A stretch of DNA of 64,000 bases from Sphagnum compactum (lineage: Eukaryota). Numbering within the stretch: the stretch's first letter is position 1; each line of letters begins with the position of its first letter. The position numbers were made by a program, and so were the translations under genes. Positions 42,853-54,053 of this stretch are shown piece by piece. The stretch spans positions 23,612,213 through 23,676,212 of the forward strand of contig OZ234493.1 of NCBI GenBank assembly GCA_965153455.1, written 5' to 3'. The notes beneath the pieces are model-generated. The model was not told the DNA's origin and searched no databases. It saw nothing but the letters and a program-made list of their open reading frames with translations.

Positions 42853-44493
42853 ACAATAATGCAAACTAAGTATGGGTCTTATGAATTCCTTGTGATGCCC
42901 TTTGGGTTAAGTAGCATTCCTTCAATGTTCACAACTTTGATGAACTCATTCTTCATGAGAAGTTAGACAAGTTTGTCATCATATACATTGATGACATACT
43001 TGTGAACTCTAGGACCATAAAAAAGTATGTGGAACATTTAGAACATGTTTTAAATAAGTTGGAATTAATGTATTTTGGAAATAGGGTGAAAAACAAGTTT
43101 GCCCAAGAAGAGATGGACCCTCTTTGGGAATGTGTTGATTTGGGAAGGGGTTAGATTTTATTTGAAAAACATTAAAGCTTAAGGCATCCAAGAAAAAATT
43201 AGTCACAGCCAAAAATGTTAGATCATTTTTAAGTCTAACTTCTATAGAAATTTTATCATGGGGTTTTTGCATATGGCAAAGCCCCCTTTGAGATCCCCTT
43301 AAAAAGGAATTGTCTTTTGATTAAAGGAAGACCAACAAAAGGTTCTTGAGGACTTGAAAAATAAACTTTCTTTCTTGCTTGTGTTGAAGTTCTTGAACTT
43401 TGTAAATTGTTTGAAATCCACACCAATGCAAATGTTTGCAATCAACGGTGTCTTCATGCAATATGGCACCCAATTGCCTTCAAAAGCAAAAAGATTTAGT
43501 GAGCCCAACTAAGGTGGCCACCAATGAAAATGAGTTGTACACTAGTGTTAATTAGTTGTTAAAAAAATTACAACACTATTTTGAAACTTATAAAACAAAA
43601 GTTTTCACAAACAATGTGTCCTTGAAATATTTTGAAACATAGTTAAGGGCGGACATAATAATTACAGTGGCACAAGACCTTGGCACTTATGGATGTGGAT
43701 TTGATTCACAAACCAAATTGAGACAATGTGGTCCTAAATGCCTTGAGTTATAAGGAGGAGTACAATGAGAATCCTTCAAATAAGATTCAAAGTTTGCAAG
43801 TGATCTTTATACTTGCAAAAGTAGCCTTGAGAGGATAATAAGGGAGGCTTATGTGTAGGATTCCCTTGCACAATGTATTATTTTTGCAAAGTTTTGTGTG
43901 AAAAAAGAGTTAAAGGCATAAACCTCAAGGAGGGACTAATAAAGTGGAAACAATCTTGAACTTATGTGCCAATTGGAAAGTTGCACACCCAAAAAGCAAG
44001 TTGTAATCCTAGAAAATAAAAGAGTGTTTTGAGATAACATTAGACAATGGCCCATGTGCAATGGACAAAAAACTATATGTTTCCATCGTTAATTGTTTGC
44101 AACAAACATTCTTTATTTCTTGGGATTGCAACAAATTCTCCTTGGCGATGTAAAATGGATGGCAAACCAACCCACATGAAACCACTTCACAATAAAAGAC
44201 CAGCCACATGACATAATTTCCCACTTAATAAAATACATTATTCGAAACGTAAATATTTATATGTTTTTTCATAATGAAAATGAACAAAACCGCAAATATT
44301 TTGGACTCAAACATTATAATTCATTAATGCTAATTTGACTTGATATGTAAAAAGACATTGTTCTATTTTTTAGGAATATCTATTATCATGGACCTAATCA
44401 TCCATCAACATTATTTGCACATTTCAATGACATAAGACTTGTGTTCTATGACGATAAAAGACCAAGTCAATGTTGTTTTGAATATGAAAGGAT

Positions 44494-44702
44494 GCTCTTT
44501 TGTCATCATGGTACCACTACAAATCATGTGCCAGCCTATGGATGAAAGTGAGTTTAAGTTGGATGGTTAGATTCATGAAAGAGATGTTCCACAAAGTCAG
44601 CATTGGCTCGCTCTTTTGTCGTCATAGTATTGCTACAAGTCACTTGTCAATGTATGGATGAAAGTGAGTTTAAGTTGGATGGTTGGATTCATGAAATAGA
44701 TG
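44494..44702 (+). repeat. Tandem duplication, period about 116 bp
   Basis: tatggatgaaagtgagtttaagttggatggtt(a/g)gattcatgaaa occurs twice, with similar upstream flanks at 44494 and 44610. Confidence 0.85.
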
Positions 44703-44739
44703 AAATTCATAAACATGTTCTTTCATAGGTTTGGGAATA

Positions 44740-47700
44740 CATTTGAGAATGGACTTAGCCATCCATCTACATTATTCACATTATTGTTTTAATCATTCAG
44801 TCACTAGCCATTACAACCATTCGATCGCCAGCCCTTCCAACCATTTGGTTGCCAACCTCTACAACAATTCGATTGTCAACCCTTGTCCGACCTATAACCC
44901 GATAGCCCTAGGTGTCCGCACCCGGGACATGGCATGACCAAAATTGTCCATATTGCTCTATGAATGGCTAGGGTCCTATTTGCATGGATCCAACTAGGGT
45001 TTAGGCTTTTGTAGCAAGAATCAAATTTTGCATAATTCTCAAAATGTTTTTTAAAAATGTTTCAATATGGTTAGAAAATTTTGTTGCAAAATTATTGTTT
45101 GCTGATAGACATAGACACCCATATGTCGTGGGATATTGGGGTTAATTTTTAAGCCATACTCCTACTCTTCTTCAATTGGCATTGAAAGGACAAGAAGTTT
45201 GATGTTTAAACCCACATATCACAAAAATGAAAGCACACAAATGAAAGAATAAGTCTATTATGGAAGCAAAATATAGGAAATTTGAACCCATGTATCACAT
45301 AAATGAAAGAAAGTTGCAAAAGTCTATTCTAGAAACAAAACTATAAAGCATCAAGAAATAATGTTTGTTCTTAGAAAATGTCATGTTATAACTTATGTTT
45401 GACAACTTGTGGCCTAACTTAAACCATGCTTTAATGGTTAATGCTAGTTATATGTGTTGTCAGAGGACCATTAGGCCCAACATCTTTGGGCTTCTATTTG
45501 GTTCATGGTAATCATTATCCCTTTGTACCTCACCACCATCATCTGATGCATTCGTGTTATCATTATCATTGCTATGTGGATCACCTAAACCGAATGTATT
45601 AATGGTGTGCACTTCCACTGTCTTAGCCTTCCTGACATGTCTAGTCACCAAATGTTTAGTATGCCACCAACCATCGATGTTTGTAATCTCGTCCTTGGTC
45701 ATCAAGTTCATCCCCAACAAATGCCTTGGCTGCCTTGTCCCGATGTTTTTGCCTTTGTGTGGTCCTTTTGCTTTGAGATTGTGTTGTTGTGGCCTCCCTT
45801 GGTCTTGAAGGTGGTGGAGGTCCCATTGGTGCCCCTCTTTGCCCACTTGATATATTAATAGATGATACTACAACAACCATTTGTGGGTTGATCTAAATGT
45901 TACCCCTCGAACCCGATCTAAATATGTGCTGAGAGGTTTAATGTCCAAATCAAATTTGTGGGCATGATTCTCAATGGGTATGATCCTAAACAAACCCGCA
46001 TCTCCATCATTTGTGGGTGTTATTGATGCTGTGGGTCATGCAATTCATCACTTGATACTTAAAGGTTCTTTGGGGCATGCATTAATGGTACATTGCTGGG
46101 TGTTCCAAGGTAAGAAATTGGTCCACTTTTTCTATGGCTTTTGGTTCAATGGTGACCTCTCCCAATGTTGATGGTGTTCGTGTGGCCAATATTTCCAACA
46201 TTGCTAAAATCATTCAATCCACTAATCACAACATCAACAATTAATAGGCAAATTTTCATTTTATGCCTCTTAAGATGGTTCAAAATTTAGACCTTCCCAA
46301 TACCCTTCACATGTCAAAAGTTGAGCAAAAGGAATTTTGCTTCTGGGTCCAGGCCTAATATTGAACTCCTCTTCATCAACAAATGTATATGGATCATTAA
46401 GTTATTGACCTCCTTGGCCTAGTCCATGTTCATTGATGTTGGCGTCCCCAAATTTGTCATTAATTGTGTTTCCAAGCATTCCACCAATTTCATGTTTGTC
46501 CAAGCCATTCATAATGTCGCTTTCAAAAGCATCTTCATCTTTGCCGCTCACGTTGGAATCGATGTTAAACATTGAATCCTCTAACAACCTGTTCTTTTCA
46601 TACCATGCTATAGGAATGGCACCAGGTCGTTCCTTCAAAAGTTTGCTATTGGTGTAAATATAGACTAGATCTATTGCTTGGTCAGATTTGAGGTGATTTC
46701 GCACCTTGTTATGCACAAAGGAATATGAACTCCAATTTCATTCACATGATGATGTTGAATAGACTTGGGCAAGAATACATTTAGTAATGGGTGCAAATGT
46801 GTGAACGCCTACTCCAATAAAGTCCAGCCACCATTCATGGGGAGCCATATTTAGTAAGGTTGCAATAGGAATGTCTACAAATGGTCCTCGACCTTCAACA
46901 AGGTCTGCAAAGTTTGTCAAAGCTTGAACATATGATGTTGCATCGACCGACATCTTCCATAGTACCTGCTTGATTCCCTCCTTTGCATCAACATCATCAT
47001 GGATCATATTGTTTCCAACAAGATAGGGCTTGAAGAGTGCTTCAACTAATGGAGGTTGGTCTTCATCATTCTCCATCAACGTTGGATTTGACTTTTAGCA
47101 CTAGTGGGTCAGCCAATAATTGCACATGTTTCTCCAATGTCTTCACAGCAAGCCATGCCTTTCCCATACATGGGCCTTTTCCATCAAACTCCCTTAATGC
47201 CACCAAGACCAACTCGACCATGTGAATAAAATTTGCATAAGAGTCCCAAGAAACATCGTTTTGCACACTTTGACAAACCTCAACCACCTTTGATATGGTG
47301 CCCCTTCGATGCAAGGTCTATAGAGAGTTAATTAATACTAACCAATTTAGGTCTACGATTATCTTTTCAATAGCCTCTCACACATTAACCAAACTGTCAA
47401 CCATGAAAAAATTTGTGGGAAATCGTGTTTTTATAAGGTGTGACAAGCTGAAGGTTGGTTCAAACCGACGGTAAATTGCAAGAGGCATGTGGTGTCTCTA
47501 AATGAATGAGACAATTGTCTTTGCATGGATCACAAGACATTTCACCCATGGTTTTTCCCCCCAATCCTCCAAAAGGAGGTCAAGACAATGTGCCGCACAA
47601 CTTTGAAAGTATAAGGTTGGGTAACGAACCCTCAAGATGTTTGATGCACTTCACATGTTGGAGCATTATCTGTGCAGATTTGGACAACATTGTCCACACC

Positions 47701-49570
47701 CACGTTTTGAATGTATTTTGCCAAGGCATTGCATGTATGTATTATGAATCCTTCCAATCCCCTATTGTGTCAGATGGGTCGGGTCTTAAGAACAAATCTC
47801 CATTTGGGCAAACTAACATGATGTTTAACAAAGGGTGACTATTAATGTCGTCCCACCCATTTGAACGAATAGTGGCCCCATACTTGTGGATTGAGTTTTT
47901 AGTCTTCTCGGCCACACATCTTGACAAATCTTCTTTATAACTCTTCAATAGTTATGTCCAAATTGAATGATATGACAACAATTTAGAAAGTATTTGCCCT
48001 TAGAGGTAGATTTCACTACATAAATGAAGGTCGAATGGCAGGCTACATTGAATGGGATATTGGCTCCATAAAAGAAAATCGCCCATTTCTTATCAAGATT
48101 TTGTTTCGTGGTTGAATTCATTCGCTCTTGTAAGGTCATTTGCCTCATTTGATGAGGTGGAAGGTTTAGCATAGGAATGGGATCATCCAAGGTAGGCCCA
48201 GACAGTGGAGGACAATCTGCACCATCTGCTTGGGGGCCTACAACAGAAGAGTCATCAAAAGAACCCAATGACCTATCATTAACAAGGTTGGGAAGGGAGT
48301 TGGACGCTTGGCCATCATCCAGCAGGGACATTCCCACCACACCTTGCAAACAAGGCCTTCACTTGAGGCCTAACCTTTGCACATAGGCCAACTCCTCCTT
48401 TGCCACCCCCCTAGGATAGTAGCCCAAATGACTCAGCATCATGTCCTTACGATAAATGAATTAGAGGCTGCAAAACTTGCATTGTACATTACTGGGTCCT
48501 ATGGTTGCCATCATCACATCAAGGTACCATGGCTCCCACATGCTACGCTTACCATCCATCTCTAGTGCCTTAAAAAGAACACAAGTGAAGGAGACTCTGC
48601 AACAATTGTGGATATAATTGAGGGACACAATATCATAGCCTTTGGACAGGCCCCATTTCATTAGTTGCCAATTTGGTATGTGACAAGGATTGTGTTCAAC
48701 ACAACTAGAGTCCACACACTTGAAATGTTTATGAAATAGCAACAACTAAGAGGAAATTGGGAAGCTTTATAATTCAAAATATGGTAAGCCACCAAACATT
48801 TTATATGCAAATTGAACGATCGTAATTTATTAATCCATGATTTGGTGATAGAAATCCGGTCATCAGTGTGCAAAAGTGGGTATATCATACATTTTGAAAT
48901 TCAAAAGCAACCAAAATTCACGATAATCCAATCTATGTGCAAATTAAATGACATAATTTATTTATTCTAGTGTGAATATGGGATATCGTATAATTTATAT
49001 TGAAAAGCAATTGAAATTGATTATTAAATTTGGTCACCCCTATCCATGCTTGGGTTTCGAGTTTCCATTTACCACTGTGACAGGAAGAAGGTGACCAAAA
49101 TTAGCTCCCCCCATCGAGTTGAGGCAACCAAAATTGGGTCCTCCCATCCAGCCAAGGCGACCGAAATTGGGTCGCCCCATCTAACCGGGGTGATTGAATT
49201 TCGATTGCCCCATCCAAGTGTGTCACCTTATGGAGGTGATCGAGGCGTCCTAAATGGGGTTGCCCCATCTAGTTGCATTGATAGGCAGAAGGCAACCAAG
49301 CCAATGACAATCCAAAATAATAAAATAATATAGAGGCATGATTAAATTAGTAACCCAACCGTCATGTTTTGAAAAGAAACTTTTTCAGTCTCAATTTACC
49401 TTGTCTAGATGGCGACCTTTCTAGTCTCGATTTACCCTATCCAGATGGCGACCTTTTCCGGTCTAGATTTACCCTGTCCAGATGGCGACCTATTTCGTTA
49501 GAGTTTTTTATGGTTTGGGTTAAGCTTAATCGACACCAACCTCATCCGAGTCTAGCTCTCGAACACTTAC
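44740..49570 (-). mobile_element. hAT element containing the above transposase (approximate ends)
   Basis: Subterminal repeat arrays at about 44800-44880 and 49080-49490 (GGCGACC motif; three 36-37 bp units at about 49387-49491); TIR and TSD not cleanly resolved. Confidence 0.55.
46400..48570 (-). pseudogene. Decayed hAT transposase (BED-like zinc finger, DUF659, hAT dimerisation domain)
   Basis: 'MWEPW..VQCKFC'; 'FFYGANIPFNVA'; 'GATIRSNGWDD..HPLLNIMLV'; 'CAAHCLDLLLED'; 'TRFPTNF'; 'PHEWW..ILAQVYSTSSCE*NWSSYSFVHNKVRNHL..DLVYIYTN'; stops and frameshifts. Confidence 0.9.
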
Positions 49571-50139
49571 TTGTGGTGATTAAAGATATGACAATGTAGA
49601 AATATTAGCCATTGTGCCATGGAATATTAAATTAAATGCACTAGGGCCATTGATGATGGACAATTTTTTTTATATTTTAAGCAACACACTAAGAATGAAA
49701 CATAATAATTTGACAATTCTTAGCATTTTTTCCAACTTTTGGCAATTGAAAATGAGGTTCATTTTCAAAATTTTCCTTTTGAAATTGTCTTGGATGTGGA
49801 AAACTTTTCCATTGAGAAATCAAGTTAGGTGACTTGGGTCCCCTATCCACGCGGGGACCCAACAAGAATATTGAAATTCAAATTACAAAAATGAGATCAA
49901 GAAAGAAAATTACAAACCTAAACACAATAATGAATATTATAAAAATAAGAGGTAACAATGAATGTTACAAAAATAATCCAAAATTGAGACAAAAAACCAA
50001 GACCAATAAAATTGAAAAAAGTAATGTGAACTCCAAACTTGAATTAAGTTGAAATTTGTATGCACTTTATTATAAATGGGAATGTACATCCAATCCACTC
50101 TTTCCTATGCTACAATTATTTACAAATGTCATTAAACCC

Positions 50140-51700
50140 TAACCACTATAAAGCTTAAACATTATGTTATCGTCGATAGCTTCTGGTGGAGTCCAATTGT
50201 AAGGAGGTCCCATCATAACATTCATAGCTAATTGTGGATTTCTTCGCACGTGGGGATCCGGGTTTGAGATTTCTCTAAGCTAAATCGTAAAACGTGACAT
50301 GGTTGAAGAATCCACAAAATATTCAATGTCAATGTTTTCTTGCCATATGAGCTCCACAAGCTTAACCACTAGATATGTCTCCGACTTTGAAGTGTTAGTC
50401 CCATTGGTTGAGGAAATTTGATGGAACTTCATTCTTCATATGTAAAAAAGCTCCAGTGCCACCCACCATTGAAAAGCCATGTTGTTGAGTTGGGGTTTCT
50501 TCTTTTGTCGCAAATCCATATGGAGATGGGTTATCCTCCCCTAGACTCCTAGCCTCCCCCCAATCACACACACCAATGTATACAACCGAAAGACTGTTTG
50601 GTGGAAAATGCAATAGGATGTTGTTTTGTGATAAATTATTATGCAATGTCTTAAACTATTGGACTGCATTCATGATGCACAAAAATGCCCAAGCCAATTT
50701 CACTTGTGCTTGTCTAAATGTCACAAGACATTGTGAGACTCAAGATCTGGCCAAAGCCCTTGCATAAGCTCCCGATTGTCGAGAGGTTGATTTTGGCTAT
50801 CGTGTTACCTAAACATCTTTTGAAGCGTGCCTCTATTCCACCACAATCGGTATGCCTCCATGGTTTCTACATGGATGGCATAAAAGTTTATGACACCTAG
50901 ATGATCAGTGGAACAAGCCAATGCCTCCATAGAAAGTCAACACCAAGCCTCGTAATTATCCTTAGTTTTTAACTTTTTGCTAGCAAACTCAATGTACAAA
51001 GGCAACCAATCAAAGTTTTCAATCCGCACTTTGTGAATTTTGCCATGTCCACCTTGCCAACTTGGACCATTCAAAGCAAGCACAATGGTGGTAGATCATG
51101 GCACCCAAATGACCCCTTGTCCTTGTGCTTGGTTCAAGTTTGCCTTCTACCCCTTTTCCACCCATGAAGGCAATCGTGTTTTACTTTTGGTAAAAATTTT
51201 GGACCAACCCATCCACCATTTCACCTTCTCATGCAACAAACAAATTTTGATGGAGGAATCCTCCTTCAATGGGTAAATTATTGACACCCATTGGACCAAG
51301 TTGAAAGTAGCATCCTTTAGCTTCAAATCCTCCAATCTTGAATAGTCCTTGCAATTACGATCCTTTTCAAACTTAGGGGCTTCCAAAGCTTCTCGAATTT
51401 TTTTTGCATGGTCATCCTATATCAATCAATCCTCTCCAATTGAAGATTAACATATAACATCATCAAGGTAGTTATGTCCTCTAAGAATAAGTACATCACA
51501 ACTTTTTGCACTGCCATAGTGGCCGTTGGATTGGGCCAGTTTTTCCTTTGCGACCTTCTACTTTTAATGAGAAGATCCTTTAGAAGTCAACCCAATTCCA
51601 AACTCTTTCTCCCTTGAGGATTCTTCTTGAAGGCGCTTGGATGAATGGTCTAAGAAAAAAATCGTGTGTAAGGTGTTTAGACATTAATCAGACATGTTGC
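50140..51700 (-). pseudogene. Protein kinase pseudogene, no intron visible within the kinase domain, with N-terminal extension
   Basis: Subdomains in order: Gly-loop 'WQGGHGKIHKVRI', 'EFASKK', alphaC 'SMEALAC', 'HLGVIKL', catalytic loop 'LHNNLSQNNILLHFP', 'IGVCDWG' (DFG-like), 'WWVALELF' (APE-like), 'SETYLVVKL' (IX), 'DPHVRR' (XI); several stops and frameshifts. Confidence 0.85.
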
Positions 51701-52039
51701 CCACTCACCTTAACTCCTTTCACCCTCAAACCCCACCTCCCAAGCAACAATTGCCAAAAGCAATTATAGTCTTGCAAGGTTGAGGCAATTAACCAAAGGA
51801 ACCCTGTAGTATGTAGTGTCCTCACCCTTCTTTTTCACCTCTCATGTTGCACCGAAGTTCCTCGCATTGATTGCAAAGAACAACCATAAATTAAGAACCC
51901 ACTATGGCAAACAAAGCGAGGTGGAAGAGATGATACAATAGGATGGTAGTGGCCAATTTATACTCAGGTTCGACTTTATCAAGGAACTGGAGTTTGAACT
52001 GATTATGACTGTACTTTCCCATCATTTTAGTGCGATTGA

Positions 52040-52620
52040 ATTTTGGTCACAACTTGTCCACAAAACGACCAAAATTTGGCCGACATCATTTGCACATGCA
52101 TGATCACTCAAGGGGCTAACCAAAATTTGGTCGCATTCCTTGGACAAGAGCGATCATTACCTAGACAAGGGTGGACAAATTTGGTTGCATTTTTGGATAG
52201 GGGCGATTGTTCGTTGGGTGATCAAAATTCAATCACATTCCTTGGATAAGGCCGATCATTACCTAGACATAGGTGGACAATTTCAATTGCACTCTTGGAT
52301 AGGGGTGATTGCTTATGAGGGCGATCAAAATACAATCACATTCTTGGACAAGGCCAATCGCTTGTAGGGGCAATCGAAATTTAGTCGCATTCCTGGATAA
52401 GAACGATTGTTTTTTGGACAAAGGTGGACAAATTCAGTTGCATTCATGGACATGGGCGATTGTTTCTTGGACAAAGGTGGACAAATTCCATCGCATTCCT
52501 AAACAAGGGCGATTGCTACTTGGACAAGGGTGGACAAATTCAATTGCATTCCTAGATAGGGGATATCACTATTTAAATAAAGGTCAACAAATTTGGTCCA
52601 TCCATGGACAAGGTTAAATA
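52040..52620. repeat. Degenerate tandem array of 40-52 bp units (aaattcggtcgcattcctggacaagggcgat[..ggacaagggtggac])
   Basis: About 10 recognisable units with recurring ggacaa(a/g)ggtggacaaatt and (c/t)gcattc(c/t)tgga. Confidence 0.85.
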
Positions 52621-54053
52621 TATTATGATTGAATTTAGTTGCGATCTGGACGGTTGAGATTAATTACATGATGCAACAAATTGTTGAGATCAATGTAATT
52701 GATTAGATGGATAGTTAAAATCTCCCTAGTTATAAAAAATTCAACAGAGTTTTCTTACTGTGACATTTAGTGGTTTCATCATGTAATGTTCTTTCAATTC
52801 TTCAACCAAAAGTGCATGTGTTGGTTTCGCACGGTAACTTTTTTACATAGTCTACATATGTTACGTCTGCAAGGGTAACTATTTTACCCTTGATACAAAA
52901 ATTATTCTATTCAGTATAGCTTGACCCTAAGTTGACTTTAAACTGACGTGACATAGGGTTGCGTTGGTGCTTAAATTGACATGATTGACATGACATGAAA
53001 AGGTTGACACTAATAACCTTAGTGCACATTTTAAATCCATGGTAAAAAATATGGGGAATTGTTTTTAAATAATAGTGCAACTAATGTAGTTGTAGCCTAC
53101 ATGCAAATACTACATGCTATTTATGCCATACTAACCTAGTTACTTACTAACCATAATTATAATATTATAATTAATAATATAGTTATAATTATATGGTAAC
53201 TATGTAGCTTGTTAGCTAATGTAACCTACTAACGATAGGTATAATAATGTAGTTAATAAAAATATAATAAAATATAATAAAAATAATTGAAGAATAAAAA
53301 TTACATTATTATTTTAAAATAATTACATTGATATTAAAATATTAATTATTCAATAATAATACTCTTCATTAATAAGTAAAATATTACTATTTATAATTGT
53401 AATTATAATATTTTTAAATAACTATATATAATTAGTTATAATGAATATTAATATTATGATATAATTATTTTGGCTACATTAACCATAGCTAAATTCATTT
53501 TGGTTAAATTAATGATGAATAACTAATTTTGGCTAAAATAAATATGAGATTAAATTTAAAATGGGTAAATTAATTAGTTAATTTAACCAAGGTCTGGTGT
53601 AGATTTAACTTTGATTGATGTGAGTTTAACCTAAGTTTAGTCAATGTTTTGCTTTGGGTAGCATTAGTTAACATGGTTTAACTTTTGTATTAAAGGTATA
53701 AGACTACTACAAATAACTTAGGTAGATGTATTGAGTGTATTAACATATGGATGTATTAGCTTCGGCCTTGATTTTTATGACACGTGTCCATTTTATACAC
53801 TACTAGTTGCATGTTAATTGCACACACAATTGTATGGCCCAAAATTATACATGACCAATTTTGTAGTTGCAAGTGCAACCAATCTAGTTACAAAGGACAC
53901 CTAGTTGCATGCAATTGCATAATAACTAGTTTCAAATGGTAAGATTTCCATTAGTGCAAGTTCAAATTTGAGTAAGCACAATTTCAACACAATGTCAAGT
54001 GCAATCTATGGTCATTGCATGAATTTCCTTGTTATTTTGAAATTTTCAGCATA

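Larger units (their letters stand above)
37852..43990 (+). mobile_element. Fragmented, 3'-truncated Ty3/Gypsy LTR retrotransposon with nested insertions
   Basis: Putative 5' LTR TGACATGCC(37852)...GGGTGTGACA(39163); PBS-like TGGTATCAAAAC (39168-39179, decayed iMet TGGTATCAGAGC); gag-like start 39216; protease-like region about 41030-41090; RT 'LPPYKEFNHK..KVPYRL', 'MCIDYCALNKITI', 'TKYGSYEFLVMPFGL', 'IYIDDILV' (42981); RNase H 'HPIAF', 'DNVVLNAL'. Protease-RT-RH order is Gypsy-type. Left boundary is less certain. Confidence 0.85.
49826..52750 (-). mobile_element. Putative non-autonomous Helitron-like element carrying the kinase
   Basis: GC-rich perfect 10-bp hairpin TTGGGTCCCC-N9-GGGGACCCAA (49834-49862) followed on the minus strand by GTCAC-CTAA (CTRR-like); the far end has TC..TTTATAACTAGGGAGA and ATCTCAACCGTCC motifs. 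The A|T insertion site is not clean. Confidence 0.45.

Noticed and set aside
45460-45880. 128-aa minus-strand ORF as a separate gene
   Set aside because: It lies inside the hAT element 3' region, is low-complexity and has no domain.
52040-52620. CRISPR-like array
   Set aside because: Units are degenerate tandem repeats without unique spacers, there are no cas genes, and the context is eukaryotic.
53040-53956. CACTA-like element with TAGTTGCA repeats (also a lone CACTA-type end at 9999)
   Set aside because: Only one clear terminus each and no TSD confirmed.
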